Below, in pieces: positions 52,201 through 60,350 of a DNA stretch of 64,000 nt. Numbering within the stretch: position 1 is the first letter of the stretch; every line of letters begins with the position of its first letter. Location: positions 80,724,001 through 80,788,000 of the forward strand of contig OZ320319.1 of assembly GCA_976226885.1 (NCBI GenBank), given 5' to 3'. The notes under the pieces are model-generated. The model saw only the letters and a list, made by a program, of their open reading frames with translations. It was not told the origin of the DNA and did not search any database. Position numbers and translations under genes: made by a program. The stretch is from Iphione sp. A-MEVVRFRX5. Its lineage: Eukaryota.

Positions 52201-55200
52201 GTCTGTGTGCCCATGTGTATACTAGTTAGTATGAACCCATCTGTCATAACTTCAATATTTAGTCGTGCGTGTTTGTGTCGAGAAGTGTACGGAAAGGTGT
52301 TTGACATGTAAAAATTTGCATTTTGGTTCGAAGAGAATGTTTTAAGCATCTTAATGAATGTCTCGGTTATTTACAAATTGTCCAGAGAAAAAAGTGACCC
52401 ACTAAGGTAACATTTATATTAGTATTGGCGGTTTATTCAAGGTTTTGTTCAAAACACATAAGAATGTAGTTTCAGTCCGACCATTTATTTAGAAACCATA
52501 AAGCCAAACGTCTTTACAACAGTTCATGAAACCTAGATATGAACATGCAGGAACCACACACAGGCATACCTGACCCATAAATTCATTTAGTAAAATTTTA
52601 TTCAATTGTTTCCCTAGTGTTTATCAGGGTTCCTCTTATCCAGATCTCTTCGAGTGACCATGTTTACCTAGTTCATATGTACAAGCACATGTATCTCTTT
52701 GCAAAAAACTCGCAGTAATGTAAACAGTTGTAACATCGTTTTCATGTTGTCACATGATGCAGCAACCTGTCAGTTGCCCAGTTCAATGCACTCTGTAGTT
52801 CTTGGTCTCTGTGTGGCAGTGTTTGGTGTTACCCGTTTCCCACTTGAAATTGTTCCAGTTTATTTGTTTTGGGCATTGTTCAAGTAATGTACGTACTTTG
52901 TGTCACAAAAACATGCAGATAAACTAAATTCTGTCTTTACTGATTTTATGGAGCTTTTTTCCCTCCTTTATTCTTCAAGCATCTGCGATTGCTATGGCGA
53001 CCATTGTCCATATTCTATCTAACTCTGGAGAAAATCAAAATAAATAAACTGTATAAAAACAAACCGGTGTTGCAGTTTCATAGAAGTCTCAATTAACAAC
53101 AGCCTAGAAACCCACCAGATATTGAGGCTATTTTGCCCAGGGTTTGCAACTTCTTATGAACTTGAGAGTTTACAGTGATGTCTCACAATCTTTGAAGCCT
53201 GTCAACACCAAGATTTGTATGTATTCTGAGTGTTTTAAACCTCACATGAACGCATTGACCCACTTAACCTTGCTTTCACCTTTTCTTGTTGTACAGTGGT
53301 GGCAACATTTCAAAGCGCATCATCTGGAGCATCATTGTTGATGTCATCATGTTCATCTTTACGATAGTCCTGGCAATGATCAACAGCTTTGGATGGCCTG
53401 GCATCTTCTTCTGGCTCACCATGGTTTCTGTCGTCATCATCAATAGTAAGTTGAATTTTAGGCCATATCATTTGTCATCAGTCAATTACTAGGTCATATC
53501 TATAGTCATTATTAACAGTAAGTTCATTATTAGTCATTGCTATTCATTATTAGCAGTAAGCTGATCATAAGGTTACATCCATAGTTATCGTTAACAGTAA
53601 GTTGATTATTAGGTCATCTGTAGTCATCATTAACAGTAAAGTTCATCATCAGGTCATATCAATAGTCATCGCTTACATTAAGTCGTGGAATCCCACATTC
53701 TGGTCAACCCTCCAATCAAGACATCTCTCTTTGTGGACAGTCAAGACAGGGAATAGAATATATATTTATATTTATATTTATTAATGGTTAGATATAACTG
53801 CTATTCTAGACATCCCTCTTCATAGTTTCTTTTGAGATTTCACTTTACCAGCTGCAAGCTGATGGGTTCTGTGGTATCTCTTCCAGTGGCTAATGGTGTC
53901 TACCAGAACAGCGTGTATGGCATGGCTGCCTGTTTACCCATGAAGTATACCAACGCCGTTGTTCTCGGCTCAGTAAGTACTGCTACAGGGGATAACAGTA
54001 AAATGAGTAAATCAGTGCAAGATTTATGGTGTGAAATGAAGTGGTTTCAGTCTGTTGGATATTGTAGGATGAATTCTTTTCCCCTTTTTGTAGCACAAGG
54101 AACCGTCTCAGAGCCATTTACTTAGCCACATGTGTTTTCTACAAATATTTTCCAAGATTCAGGAATATTATGTAGCATTTTAAATATATTTCAAGTGATT
54201 TGCGTCCCTCCAGGTATGTACAGTATTCATTTTTATTCCCCAGAACATCAGCGGTACCCTGACAGCAATTCTGAACCTCATCTCCATTGCAAGTAAGTAT
54301 TGATAATGAAGCACCCCCCCCCCCCGAAAAGGTTATCCCTAGATCAACCACCGTCTGGTCCTGTTATACAGTTTCTGTAAGGATAGTATCTTTAGGAGGT
54401 TTTGATTTTCAAGTTTTTAAGAACAGTTTTGATTGTGTTATGTCCTTAGATCAATTCATGTGGATAATTATGTGATAATACAGTTTGTTTGCAGTGTATC
54501 GTGATCATATACCTTGAATGCCTCAAGACGTGTTATTAGATAAAAGTGTTGCGATTTTGTGCCCATTATATGTGTTTAGATATTTATGTATATATTTACC
54601 TTACATGGTGCCAGTGTAGAGCTTGTTTTACAGTGTTTGGCTTTTTTAATGCTACATTGTATTTCAGTTACCTGAACGCAAGGACTGTTGTAATCTACTA
54701 CTTCCGTCTGGCATCCGTCGCTGTCCTTCTAGTTGCAGCTGACACCTGCTTCTGATGTCAGCTTTTTTGTACATGTAATGTGTTTTCAGGTTCCCTGAAC
54801 CCAACGGCTGCTGCCATCTACTACTTCTTCTGGGAGTCCACTGCTGTCCGACTAGTTATATTTGACACCTACTTTAGTCCTGTAATGTGTTTTCAGGTAC
54901 CCCAAACCCAAGGACTGCTGCTATCTACTACTTCTTGGCCTCCATCTTTGTTTTATTGGTAGCTTTTGACACCTACTTTGCCCTACCGTTGCTGGTAAGT
55001 TCAATTGAGCCACAGTTTAATAGTTAAGAAGCCATCATAGTAAAATACTCTAGTATGAAAACCCTATTTTATTCAGTTCTATGCGATGAAAATACATGCA
55101 TTACACTAAAGAGTGGAGCATAAATGCATAGCATTCCTTATTGTTGCAAAGTTGGGAAATAAATGCTATCATCATATTAAGATCTAGATAACCTTTCACA

Positions 55201-58200
55201 AAAATAGTTTGTCATCAACTTTATTGTCATATCTTGAAAGCTGTGATAGAGAGCAGTAAACCAATTGCAGGAGTGTGGTCGCTAAATGTAGCAGTAGGGG
55301 CAAACTTTGCTCCCAGTCAAGTGATTCCTCCTTTCTCTCTTCATTGAGGAGAGCGGTCACTCTGTCCAGCCTCGAAGTTTGTCTTGATTATTATCTATTG
55401 TGTATATTGGTAACTAAAGCTTCTTTGCCAGTACGTCCACAGACGCTTTGCTTCACTGAGATCAAGTTCACTCGGTGACATGTTATGTTTTGTGCTTCTC
55501 TAGCCATTCTACCGATTCTACCATGAGCGCAGCAAGAAGAAACAACAAGTGGAGTCCTATGAGGAAACACACCAGCGACCACCTTTCTGGGAGATTTTCA
55601 AGAAGGTTAGCTTGATTGGCTTCTCAAGAAAATAATCTTTTAATGTAGATCAGCATTCTGTGATCATGTCTCGTTGGCATGACGACTGCAGCCTATGGAA
55701 ACTAGGACCTAAGTGCTGTTATTGCACACTTGGTGTCACTGAACCCCACTGTACTCAGGACTTGGAGGTGGACCAGAGGTTTAAGAAGGTTTATCTACTG
55801 AGGCAGTAGATGAGCTGCATTAATTACTACTGGTGCTTCCCTTTCTGAATGGGCCGAATATGCATAAGCAGTGCAGCATGGTACTGGGTTCGAGATGCGA
55901 GTTCTCTTAACAGTGAGATTGGGGATGAACAAAATATTCTACAAAGCTTGAGTAGAGGGAGCAGACTGACTTATTGAGGTCAGAGTAACCTAGATAATTA
56001 GGTTGGGTTATGCAAAAAGTCTGTGAGAAGTTCAAGATATGCAAGAGAGTAATACAGGAGCTAGCTCAATGAATATGATATTGTAAAAAGGAATATTGAA
56101 TTGATGTTTGTGTAGTAATGTAAAGTATATAGATGATGATTTATCTGTATAAAACTGACTACTTATGTATTACTGTTCCAGTGCTGGGTGCAGGACCTGA
56201 GCGTGTGGTTCACCTTCTTTGTCACCCTAACCTGTTTCCCAGCCATACAGGCTGGTGTGAAACGGTCCTCCAGCAGTTTCATCATCTCAGGTGAGTAAAT
56301 AATGTCACCCTGACACAGTTTCTCAGTCTTACAAGCCAGGTAGCACAAAAATATCCTCCAGCCAACCAGAAAAGGTACTTTGGAATGCAGTGGGTGGTCT
56401 CAGTTGCATTTTTAAAAAAAGTCATTGTTTCCAGTGTTAGCAGAATTTCCTGTTTGGATCTCTCGATGCTCTCAGTGATTTCTGTTACCTGAAGTGACAC
56501 TCGCCTTTACAGCTGTCTCCTCTTTCCTCACAGAGAAGTACTTCCAGGGAGTCACCTGCTTCCTCTCCTTCAACCTCTTCGCCATGTTGGGAAACCTCTT
56601 CTCCGTGTTTGTTCGCATAGTAAGTATTTCTTTACAGGCCACTATGTTGTGTTACTTTGACCATAGTGAAAAGCAGTGTCCTGTTCATGTGGCCGAGTTG
56701 GATGGTTTTAAAATAAGAGTATTAGTAACTGCCGTAGCCGCAGTTGACTTTGAACCTGCAACATTAATACTATATTATACTTTACTACTGTATTATTGTA
56801 CACTAGGTAGCTATCCGAGAACAGTACAGGTGATGATATACTGCAGACAGCATATTCTGTAGCCACTTAAGTTCATGTCTCAGACGTGCTTGGTAATTTT
56901 TCCTATTTTTTTTTTAAAACTTAAATATGGTATTTTCCCCTTTTTTCTTTTTTTTTTTAAAAAAAAAATCCATAATTGACCCTTCGCTGAACGCCCAAAT
57001 GTTGTCTGTTCGCCAACAACGTTCTGTGGCAGATCACAACACTGCTGGTCATGTTGTCATCGTCCCTGGCACCAGTCAACTGATATATTTCCACATTGAA
57101 GACATACTTGTTGCCCAGCAATAGTTCCTTTCCCCAACCAGGCCTGTCAGCGTTAGGTGTGGCTGCCAGTACTCCAGCAAGGACTCTTTTACCCATTCTT
57201 CATATTTGTTGTTATCCGCCAATTACTCCTTTGGTTTTGGATAACCTTTCTTGATCTGCTATTTTCCTCTAGCCCAGTTAATGTTGAATATGGGTGCTGC
57301 TACTCCTTTTAGGACTCATCTCATTCTTATTATTTGTTGTTACCTGCCAATTGCTCCTTTGGTTTTGGATAACCTTGATCCATTCTTTTCCTCTAGCCCG
57401 GTCGACGTTGGGTGTGGCTGCCGGTACTCCTGCGAGGACTCTTCATCCCCTTCTTCATGTTCTGTAACTATCAACCAGAGGAAGGAATACGCCTTCTGCC
57501 TGTCTACATCACCAACGATTACGTGTACGTGGCCGGTGGCATTCTCTTGGCCTTCACCAGTGGCTACTTCAGCAGTCTCACCATGATGTATGCACCAGGG
57601 TAAGTAACATGTTATAGTTGCATCCTATACCTGTCAAGAAGGGAATACACTTAACTAATCCTCTTCATCTTCTGGCACATCCAACCAGCGTCGTGAAACA
57701 TCTGCTCTAAGCCAAGAGATCTGGAGCCCTGAAACTTGCATGGAATATTCCCATATATATGGACTTATGAAACCGACTTCAACAGAAGAAACTTTAATAC
57801 ATTTCTGCTACCTACATGTTATTGCATGGAGTAAGTACTAAGTTATGACTCTGAGAGACCTGGACCATACTTGTCCACCTACCACCGACTGCCTCTAACC
57901 CTATAAAGTATTTTAGTTTGCTGTCTTATTCCTCTTAGTAATAGTGCGTAGTTTTCAATACTTGAATCTGCCCCAAACCAGACATTTTACTTTCAGAATT
58001 TACTTTTTGATTTTTGATTTTGTTGGAGGTGGGGGGTTGATCCAAAAGCACAGTAATCACCAGGCCACAAAAAGGAATTTAGTTTTTAGCCTGTTTAACC
58101 TATCAAGCACCCCGGGGGGGGAGGGGAGCCTTAAACTTCCCTCATTTCCAGGGTACTCATATTACTAGTCAGATATTTCATAATAGACAATGACCGTGTT

Positions 58201-58610
58201 ACTCTTCCCGTTCCTGCTGTTGACATTTGTTGATTGCACCTCATATTGGTCTGTCTAATGTATGAAGAGCTGTAATGCTTTAGTGTATTGAAAAGTGTTT
58301 TTAGATTTATCGATAGCACTGTGTCAAGATTTTGTTATCTGGTGAAGTCTACTTGGAATTTGATATATTGAATATCAAACTAATGGTTTTTAAGATTCTT
58401 AAAAAAGAAATCGTGTGCACCCGTGTTCTTTTTTAATTATTAAACTAAGAGCTCCGCATCCTTTCTATGTTTAATAGGAATGTAGAACCAAAACATCAAG
58501 CCACCGCAGGCATGATGGCCGCCTTCTTCCTGGTCTTCGGGATCCTATGTGGAGTAATCTTCTCGCTGCCGGTCACGTTATTCATCCAGAAAGTGGGACC
58601 GAGCCCCTGA
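36904..58610 (+). CDS. SLC29A: Equilibrative nucleoside transporter (SLC29/ENT family), spliced CDS of 13 coding exons, 492 aa
   Basis: Exons 36904-36961, 41334-41427, 50986-51067, 51589-51818, 53297-53445, 53887-53972, 54244-54292, 54897-54994, 55504-55605, 56182-56290, 56534-56619, 57397-57599, 58478-58610 sum to 1479 nt, with GT..AG introns and matching phases. Family motifs: LHGIGTLMPWNMFITA, NGVYQNSVYG, YTNAVVLGSNISG, FDTYFALP, TFFVTLTCFPAI, TSGYFSSLTMMYAP, AGMMAAFFLVFG. The paralog number cannot be assigned from this sequence. Confidence 0.95.
38188..38260. promoter_or_regulatory. Cluster of four bHLH E-box motifs in ENT intron 1
   Basis: TCACGTGAC (38188), TCACGTGG (38230), TCACATGA (38241) and TCACGTGG (38251) within 73 bp; function is inferred. 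Confidence 0.4.
38966..39100. repeat. ~33-bp minisatellite x4
   Basis: ATAGAGATGATTATAAGCC..TGTGCAGT recurs. Confidence 0.8.
40250..40560 (-). mobile_element. Decayed LINE AP-endonuclease remnant
   Basis: Minus strand PLHVVVLY*PL (YRPP motif with a CGA>TGA-type change) followed by LITG* (GDFN-like). Shares acactaca.gt.agtctgagctcc with 9760-9800. Confidence 0.5.
41334..41427 (+). CDS. SLC29A: ENT coding exon 2 (GKDPAEKHRLM...PPPHDR)
   Basis: ttgcag| ... AG|gtaaac. Joins exon 3 to give PPPHDRLYVVYFIL, matching the conserved P.D motif before TM1 of ENTs. Confidence 0.85.
41730..42340. repeat. Degenerate ~75-bp minisatellite with 42-bp partial units
   Basis: GAACTCAACTAGGAGGGTAACAGAGG at 41831, 41929, 42004, 42121, 42238 and 42314. 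Confidence 0.85.
42963..43841 (+). CDS. LINE ORF1p, L1-type (coiled coil + RRM + CTD) nucleic acid chaperone, 292 aa
   Basis: Low-complexity S/T N-terminus, coiled coil, then ELENRARNRALKIIGL..E, YRIG...RPLFVSF, FFNEDLSE.NR, WTLNGKVYVK. These are motifs typical of Transposase_22-like LINE ORF1. Confidence 0.88.
   Translation: MPLKVFKAKKGKAPIRKPSESSDSATSFKGFTKEEIEKSQAKSQKKQQGSTQSTTTTTPLASTSTDVPANSRKPESSDSNTSMTSTVSKFSTISTTTKQLEKMLENAIRKTRLETIEYVDERLDAVENQMVDVTNSTISAVHRTEELENRARNRALKIIGLAETHQPDVDELINLFNKLNLDQPIKKEDFDLIYRIGKKDSANATRPLFVSFIRESTKQQVYGKHTSLGRVARGIFFNEDLSEVNRARYFRARQQVKSGRYTSSWTLNGKVYVKTSQTGPPILFAEEDVTQH
44436..47354 (+). CDS. LINE ORF2p: AP endonuclease + reverse transcriptase, 972 aa
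   Basis: APE motifs HLNVRSL, ISETWL, YRPPSG, GDFNID, TCIDLI, SDHF. RT motifs SWKTA..PLHK, NYRPISVLP, FLDISKAFDTV.H, GVPQGSVLGP, YADD, KYLG. Confidence 0.97.
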   Translation: MIDNLLLTDINQLNKRGLNIAHLNVRSLKPKIDTLQAELAHNNIDILCISETWLNCTINNNQLNIPNYHLLRLDRQHSDRKHGGIAFYYKQNLLNRATLQIELSLNLSNKNIELSVLQYKHPHIGTINIIQLYRPPSGNIDAFIQHMHNILSQFDTNSQEIVILGDFNIDYLKTRSSHYKKLHTLESTFGLVNLIHTPTRITHKTRTCIDLILVNNPNKYQQAGTVTSQISDHFWTFTKRKSFIARPKFKFIRCRDYSGFDEEQFKRDIYQETTAIDYTQEADTQWDHLESIISNALNKHAPYKFRKVPINIPKWITKEISDLRRTKEKLFKQYRKTHSPTILQEAKQIRNKLNSKIRNAKSKYIQDKLQQHRHDPAKYWKELKTLLPSKKSDDLTIEQISYQNNIITDKQQISRYLNQHFTNIGITTQNSLQQSKLTYFYPTVDCTLKAFDPTTEQEVLNIMKSFSQSKPSGYADIPMKHICTLAPIISDSISNIINKIFETQQIPTSWKTATITPLHKGGDKTLPTNYRPISVLPFTHKIMEKIIQSRLMNYINRNNLLDNKQGGYRTGFSTLTMVQHITDTLRINNSNKLYTVAIFLDISKAFDTVPHDLLLNKLSQIGITNSAHNLLRNYLSNRYQATLANGHRSTTLKIKTGVPQGSVLGPILFILYINNVTKELWPNEYAIYADDTIILSSDKSIDKAIRKAQQILEKTLDWLTFHKLALNIQKTQYMIFGSNRNINHIRQKTSLTLNGQTLKQANTYKYLGLVLDHNLTMKQHVSHVTRKLNTTLTALNMANKHLENNTKLTLYKLLALPHIDYLDIIWSTAPSTHIKQVQRLQNRGIKRALQLDSRTSTKEVHNLANMMMVQERINFHLIIQGYKAFLQLHPDYLQKYFTPQEALYNLRDTYHDKFKQPYNSHTTHIMKTTFNRIIQQWNKAQIHAINYNTHNMIQSFKHDITRQWSQNVLLLN
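50147..50305. mobile_element. Degenerate Tigger-like MITE
   Basis: CTGTCGGCCCCGCTTAATCGGA ... TTCGGTTAAGCGAGATTGACTG form imperfect TIRs. Confidence 0.5.
50650..50817. mobile_element. pogo/Tigger-like MITE, 168 bp
   Basis: TA TSD on both sides; TIRs CAGTGGATCCCCTCTACTAAGGA and TCCGTAGTAGAGCGGTTCCACTG match at 20/23. Confidence 0.85.
50986..51067 (+). CDS. SLC29A: ENT coding exon 3 (TM1)
   Basis: tacag| LYVVYFILMLHGIGTLMPWNMFITATD |gtgagt. Confidence 0.95.
51589..51818 (+). CDS. SLC29A: ENT coding exon 4 (glycosylated loop 1 and TM2)
   Basis: cccag| YFVGYKL...NVT...NGT...YRNYFLSFLGFTAQVPNVLLNAINLF.. |gtaagt. Confidence 0.93.
53297..53445 (+). CDS. SLC29A: ENT coding exon 5
   Basis: gtacag| GGNISKRIIWSII...WPGIFFWLTMVSVVIIN |gtaagt. 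Confidence 0.95.
53430..53690 (+). repeat. Degenerate minisatellite derived from the ENT exon 5 / intron 5 boundary
   Basis: GTCAT(C/T)AT(C/T)AA(T/C)AGTAAGTT recurs about 5 times; the first copy is the real donor. Confidence 0.75.
53887..53972 (+). CDS. SLC29A: ENT coding exon 6
   Basis: ttccag| (M)ANGVYQNSVYGMAACLPMKYTNAVVLGS |gtaagt. Confidence 0.95.
54244..54292 (+). CDS. SLC29A: ENT coding exon 7
   Basis: ccccag| NISGTLTAILNLISIA |gtaagt. Confidence 0.92.
54655..54875 (+). pseudogene. Two decayed tandem copies of ENT exon 8 (each with its acceptor, without a donor)
   Basis: Acceptor AG at 54666-67 and 54788-89, followed by YLNARTVVIYYFRLASVAVLLVAADTCF* and SLNPTAAAIYYFFWESTAVRLVIFDTYF, versus the real TPNPRTAAIYYFLASIFVLLVAFDTYF. 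Confidence 0.85.
54897..54994 (+). CDS. SLC29A: ENT coding exon 8
   Basis: tttcag| (S)TPNPRTAAIYYFLASIFVLLVAFDTYFALPLL |gtaagt. Confidence 0.93.
55504..55605 (+). CDS. SLC29A: ENT coding exon 9 (large cytoplasmic loop)
   Basis: ctctag| PFYRFYHE...RPPFWEIFKK |gttagc. Confidence 0.92.
56182..56290 (+). CDS. SLC29A: ENT coding exon 10
   Basis: ttccag| CWVQDLSVWFTFFVTLTCFPAIQAGVKRSSSSFIIS |gtgagt. Confidence 0.94.
56534..56619 (+). CDS. SLC29A: ENT coding exon 11
   Basis: tcacag| (E)KYFQGVTCFLSFNLFAMLGNLFSVFVRI |gtaagt. Confidence 0.94.
57125..57385 (+). pseudogene. Two decayed tandem copies of the ENT exon 12 5' part with acceptors
   Basis: Copies start at 57142 (ACQR*VWLPVLQQGLFYPFFI) and 57273 (ttttcctctag|CCCAGT..), versus the real PGRRWVWLPVLLRGLFIPFFM. 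Both are followed by the same spacer gccaatt(a/g)ctcctttggttttggataacctt. Confidence 0.82.
57397..57599 (+). CDS. SLC29A: ENT coding exon 12
   Basis: ctctag| PGRRWVWLPVLLRGLFIPFFMFCNY...TSGYFSSLTMMYAP |gtaagt. Confidence 0.95.
58478..58610 (+). CDS. SLC29A: ENT coding exon 13 (TM11, stop)
   Basis: taatag| NVEPKHQATAGMMAAFFLVFGILCGVIFSLPVTLFIQKVGPSP TGA. Confidence 0.94.
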
Positions 58611-60176
58611 GTTAAGGACACCCATGCCATCAATCTGACAAGACCAACTTCATACACAATATCCCAGAAATAATGCAACTTTGCATTACCTTGCTACTTC
58701 TACCTGGAACACCATAGTGCTGCTACTCTCATATTCAAGTCTCACTTGATACCTCTCAGTGTCTGAGGTAATGGACACCTACACCAGTTGACCAATTGGC
58801 CCTTGTTGCCATGGTAAGAATGGTTATATAACTGTCATACATGATTCATTCAACAACCTGACTGTAAAAAGGTTCTCTAGAGAAGACGGTCTTGACAAAT
58901 GAAGGCTAATTCCACACCAGTCAACGCCTAATTAAGGCCTCTTCCGAAAAACGGTGCATGGTAGTCGCCCTTTTGCTTTATACGTAGCCGCTACGTGGCT
59001 AAAATGCTGGTATATATTACACCACTCTGACTTGGATCCATGCAATGACAGTCGGACTGTGCCAATCACTTCACAGTAGTCATACAGCTGCCAGCAGACC
59101 TTCACCTCCGTTATAAAGCCACGCCCTCATGACCTTGGAAGAAAGCAGAAGGTCATTTAAAGGTCATGATTAAACTAATTTAATGGGCTGTACACATCTA
59201 TGTTATTATTGAATCGGGGAACTAATAGTGATGATGTCTGGTTTACGATGTGTGTTCTGTCGGACACGTTCATTATGGGTGTTCAGTAGTCCTGAACCCA
59301 TTATTTTTACCCCAGATACCTGGACTTGATTTAAACAGTAACTCTCTTATTTTTTGCCTCTTGAAATCCTCGGAATTTTTTCTCAGCAGTATCTATGAAT
59401 GCATTGACTAGCTGGTATCTCTCGTAAATGATATTTCCTTCACCAAAAAATAACTATTTTGGAAACTGTTTAGATGAAATGCATTTCTACTTGTTGTTTA
59501 GCAGGCTGTCAGCAGTGAGCTGTATATTTTTGATGTGTTGGCACAGACTGTGAGATCCGTGGTAAAGATATATACCATTTAACATTTGAGTGCATAATAT
59601 CTGTATAGTATATATATATATATTTGTATGTGTGGATCAGTGCCTTTAGGGACCAAAAAACGTGAGCACGGAGTAAGGAACAACTCATCAAGGATCTGGT
59701 AGAAGGAGTTGGTTTCTAATTGACTTTGGTCTCCTTCAGGCTCTCTGTAAGATACAGGAGAGTACATAGACTTTAACCGTCAGCGGTAGTCACAGGCAAA
59801 CGAGCCGACTTGGCATGTTATAAGTGGTAGTTGTGGTACTTGCATGTAAGCTGTAGTGGATATGGGTTGAATGTGACCAGTACACGTAGGTTTGAACTAA
59901 AGTCAGTGAATAGAGAGACAGTTACTAACCATGGTCCAAAGAACCGTACGTAGTGTGTGTTGTGCTAGATGAACCCCTCTGCAGTCTCTAAGGAGGGTGC
60001 ATAGTTTCCCGAGTGGTCTTGAGCTAAACAGAACATATTGGTCTCCCTTCTACTCATTGAAATGGAAAAGAATCCAGTGTGACTTGAAAAAGTGATGAAA
60101 TAAGTCTTAGAAATGCATTGGCCTGCGGTGTTCTGCATCGAAAAAAGCATTTGCCACCCATTAGGGTATACATACA

Positions 60177-60350
60177 CAGTCAAACCTGGTTATCAGAATA
60201 TGCTCTGTTCCGAGCGAATTCAGACGGGCTAGGAAAAACGTAAGTGTAATCAGAGTAACGGTACAGAGAAGTGATACTTTGTTCCCTGTAAATTAATCTG
60301 GCTAGGGAGAGAATCCAGACTGTGAGCTTCCGGATATCGAGGTTTGACTG
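60177..60350. mobile_element. pogo/Tigger-like MITE, 174 bp
   Basis: TIRs CAGTCAAACCTGGTTATC and GATATCGAGGTTTGACTG (16/18); TA on the right flank. Confidence 0.75.

Noticed and set aside
54200-54219. AG|GTATGT recursive-splice-like site
   Set aside because: Only 30 nt upstream of the real acceptor at 54243, too short for a second splicing step.
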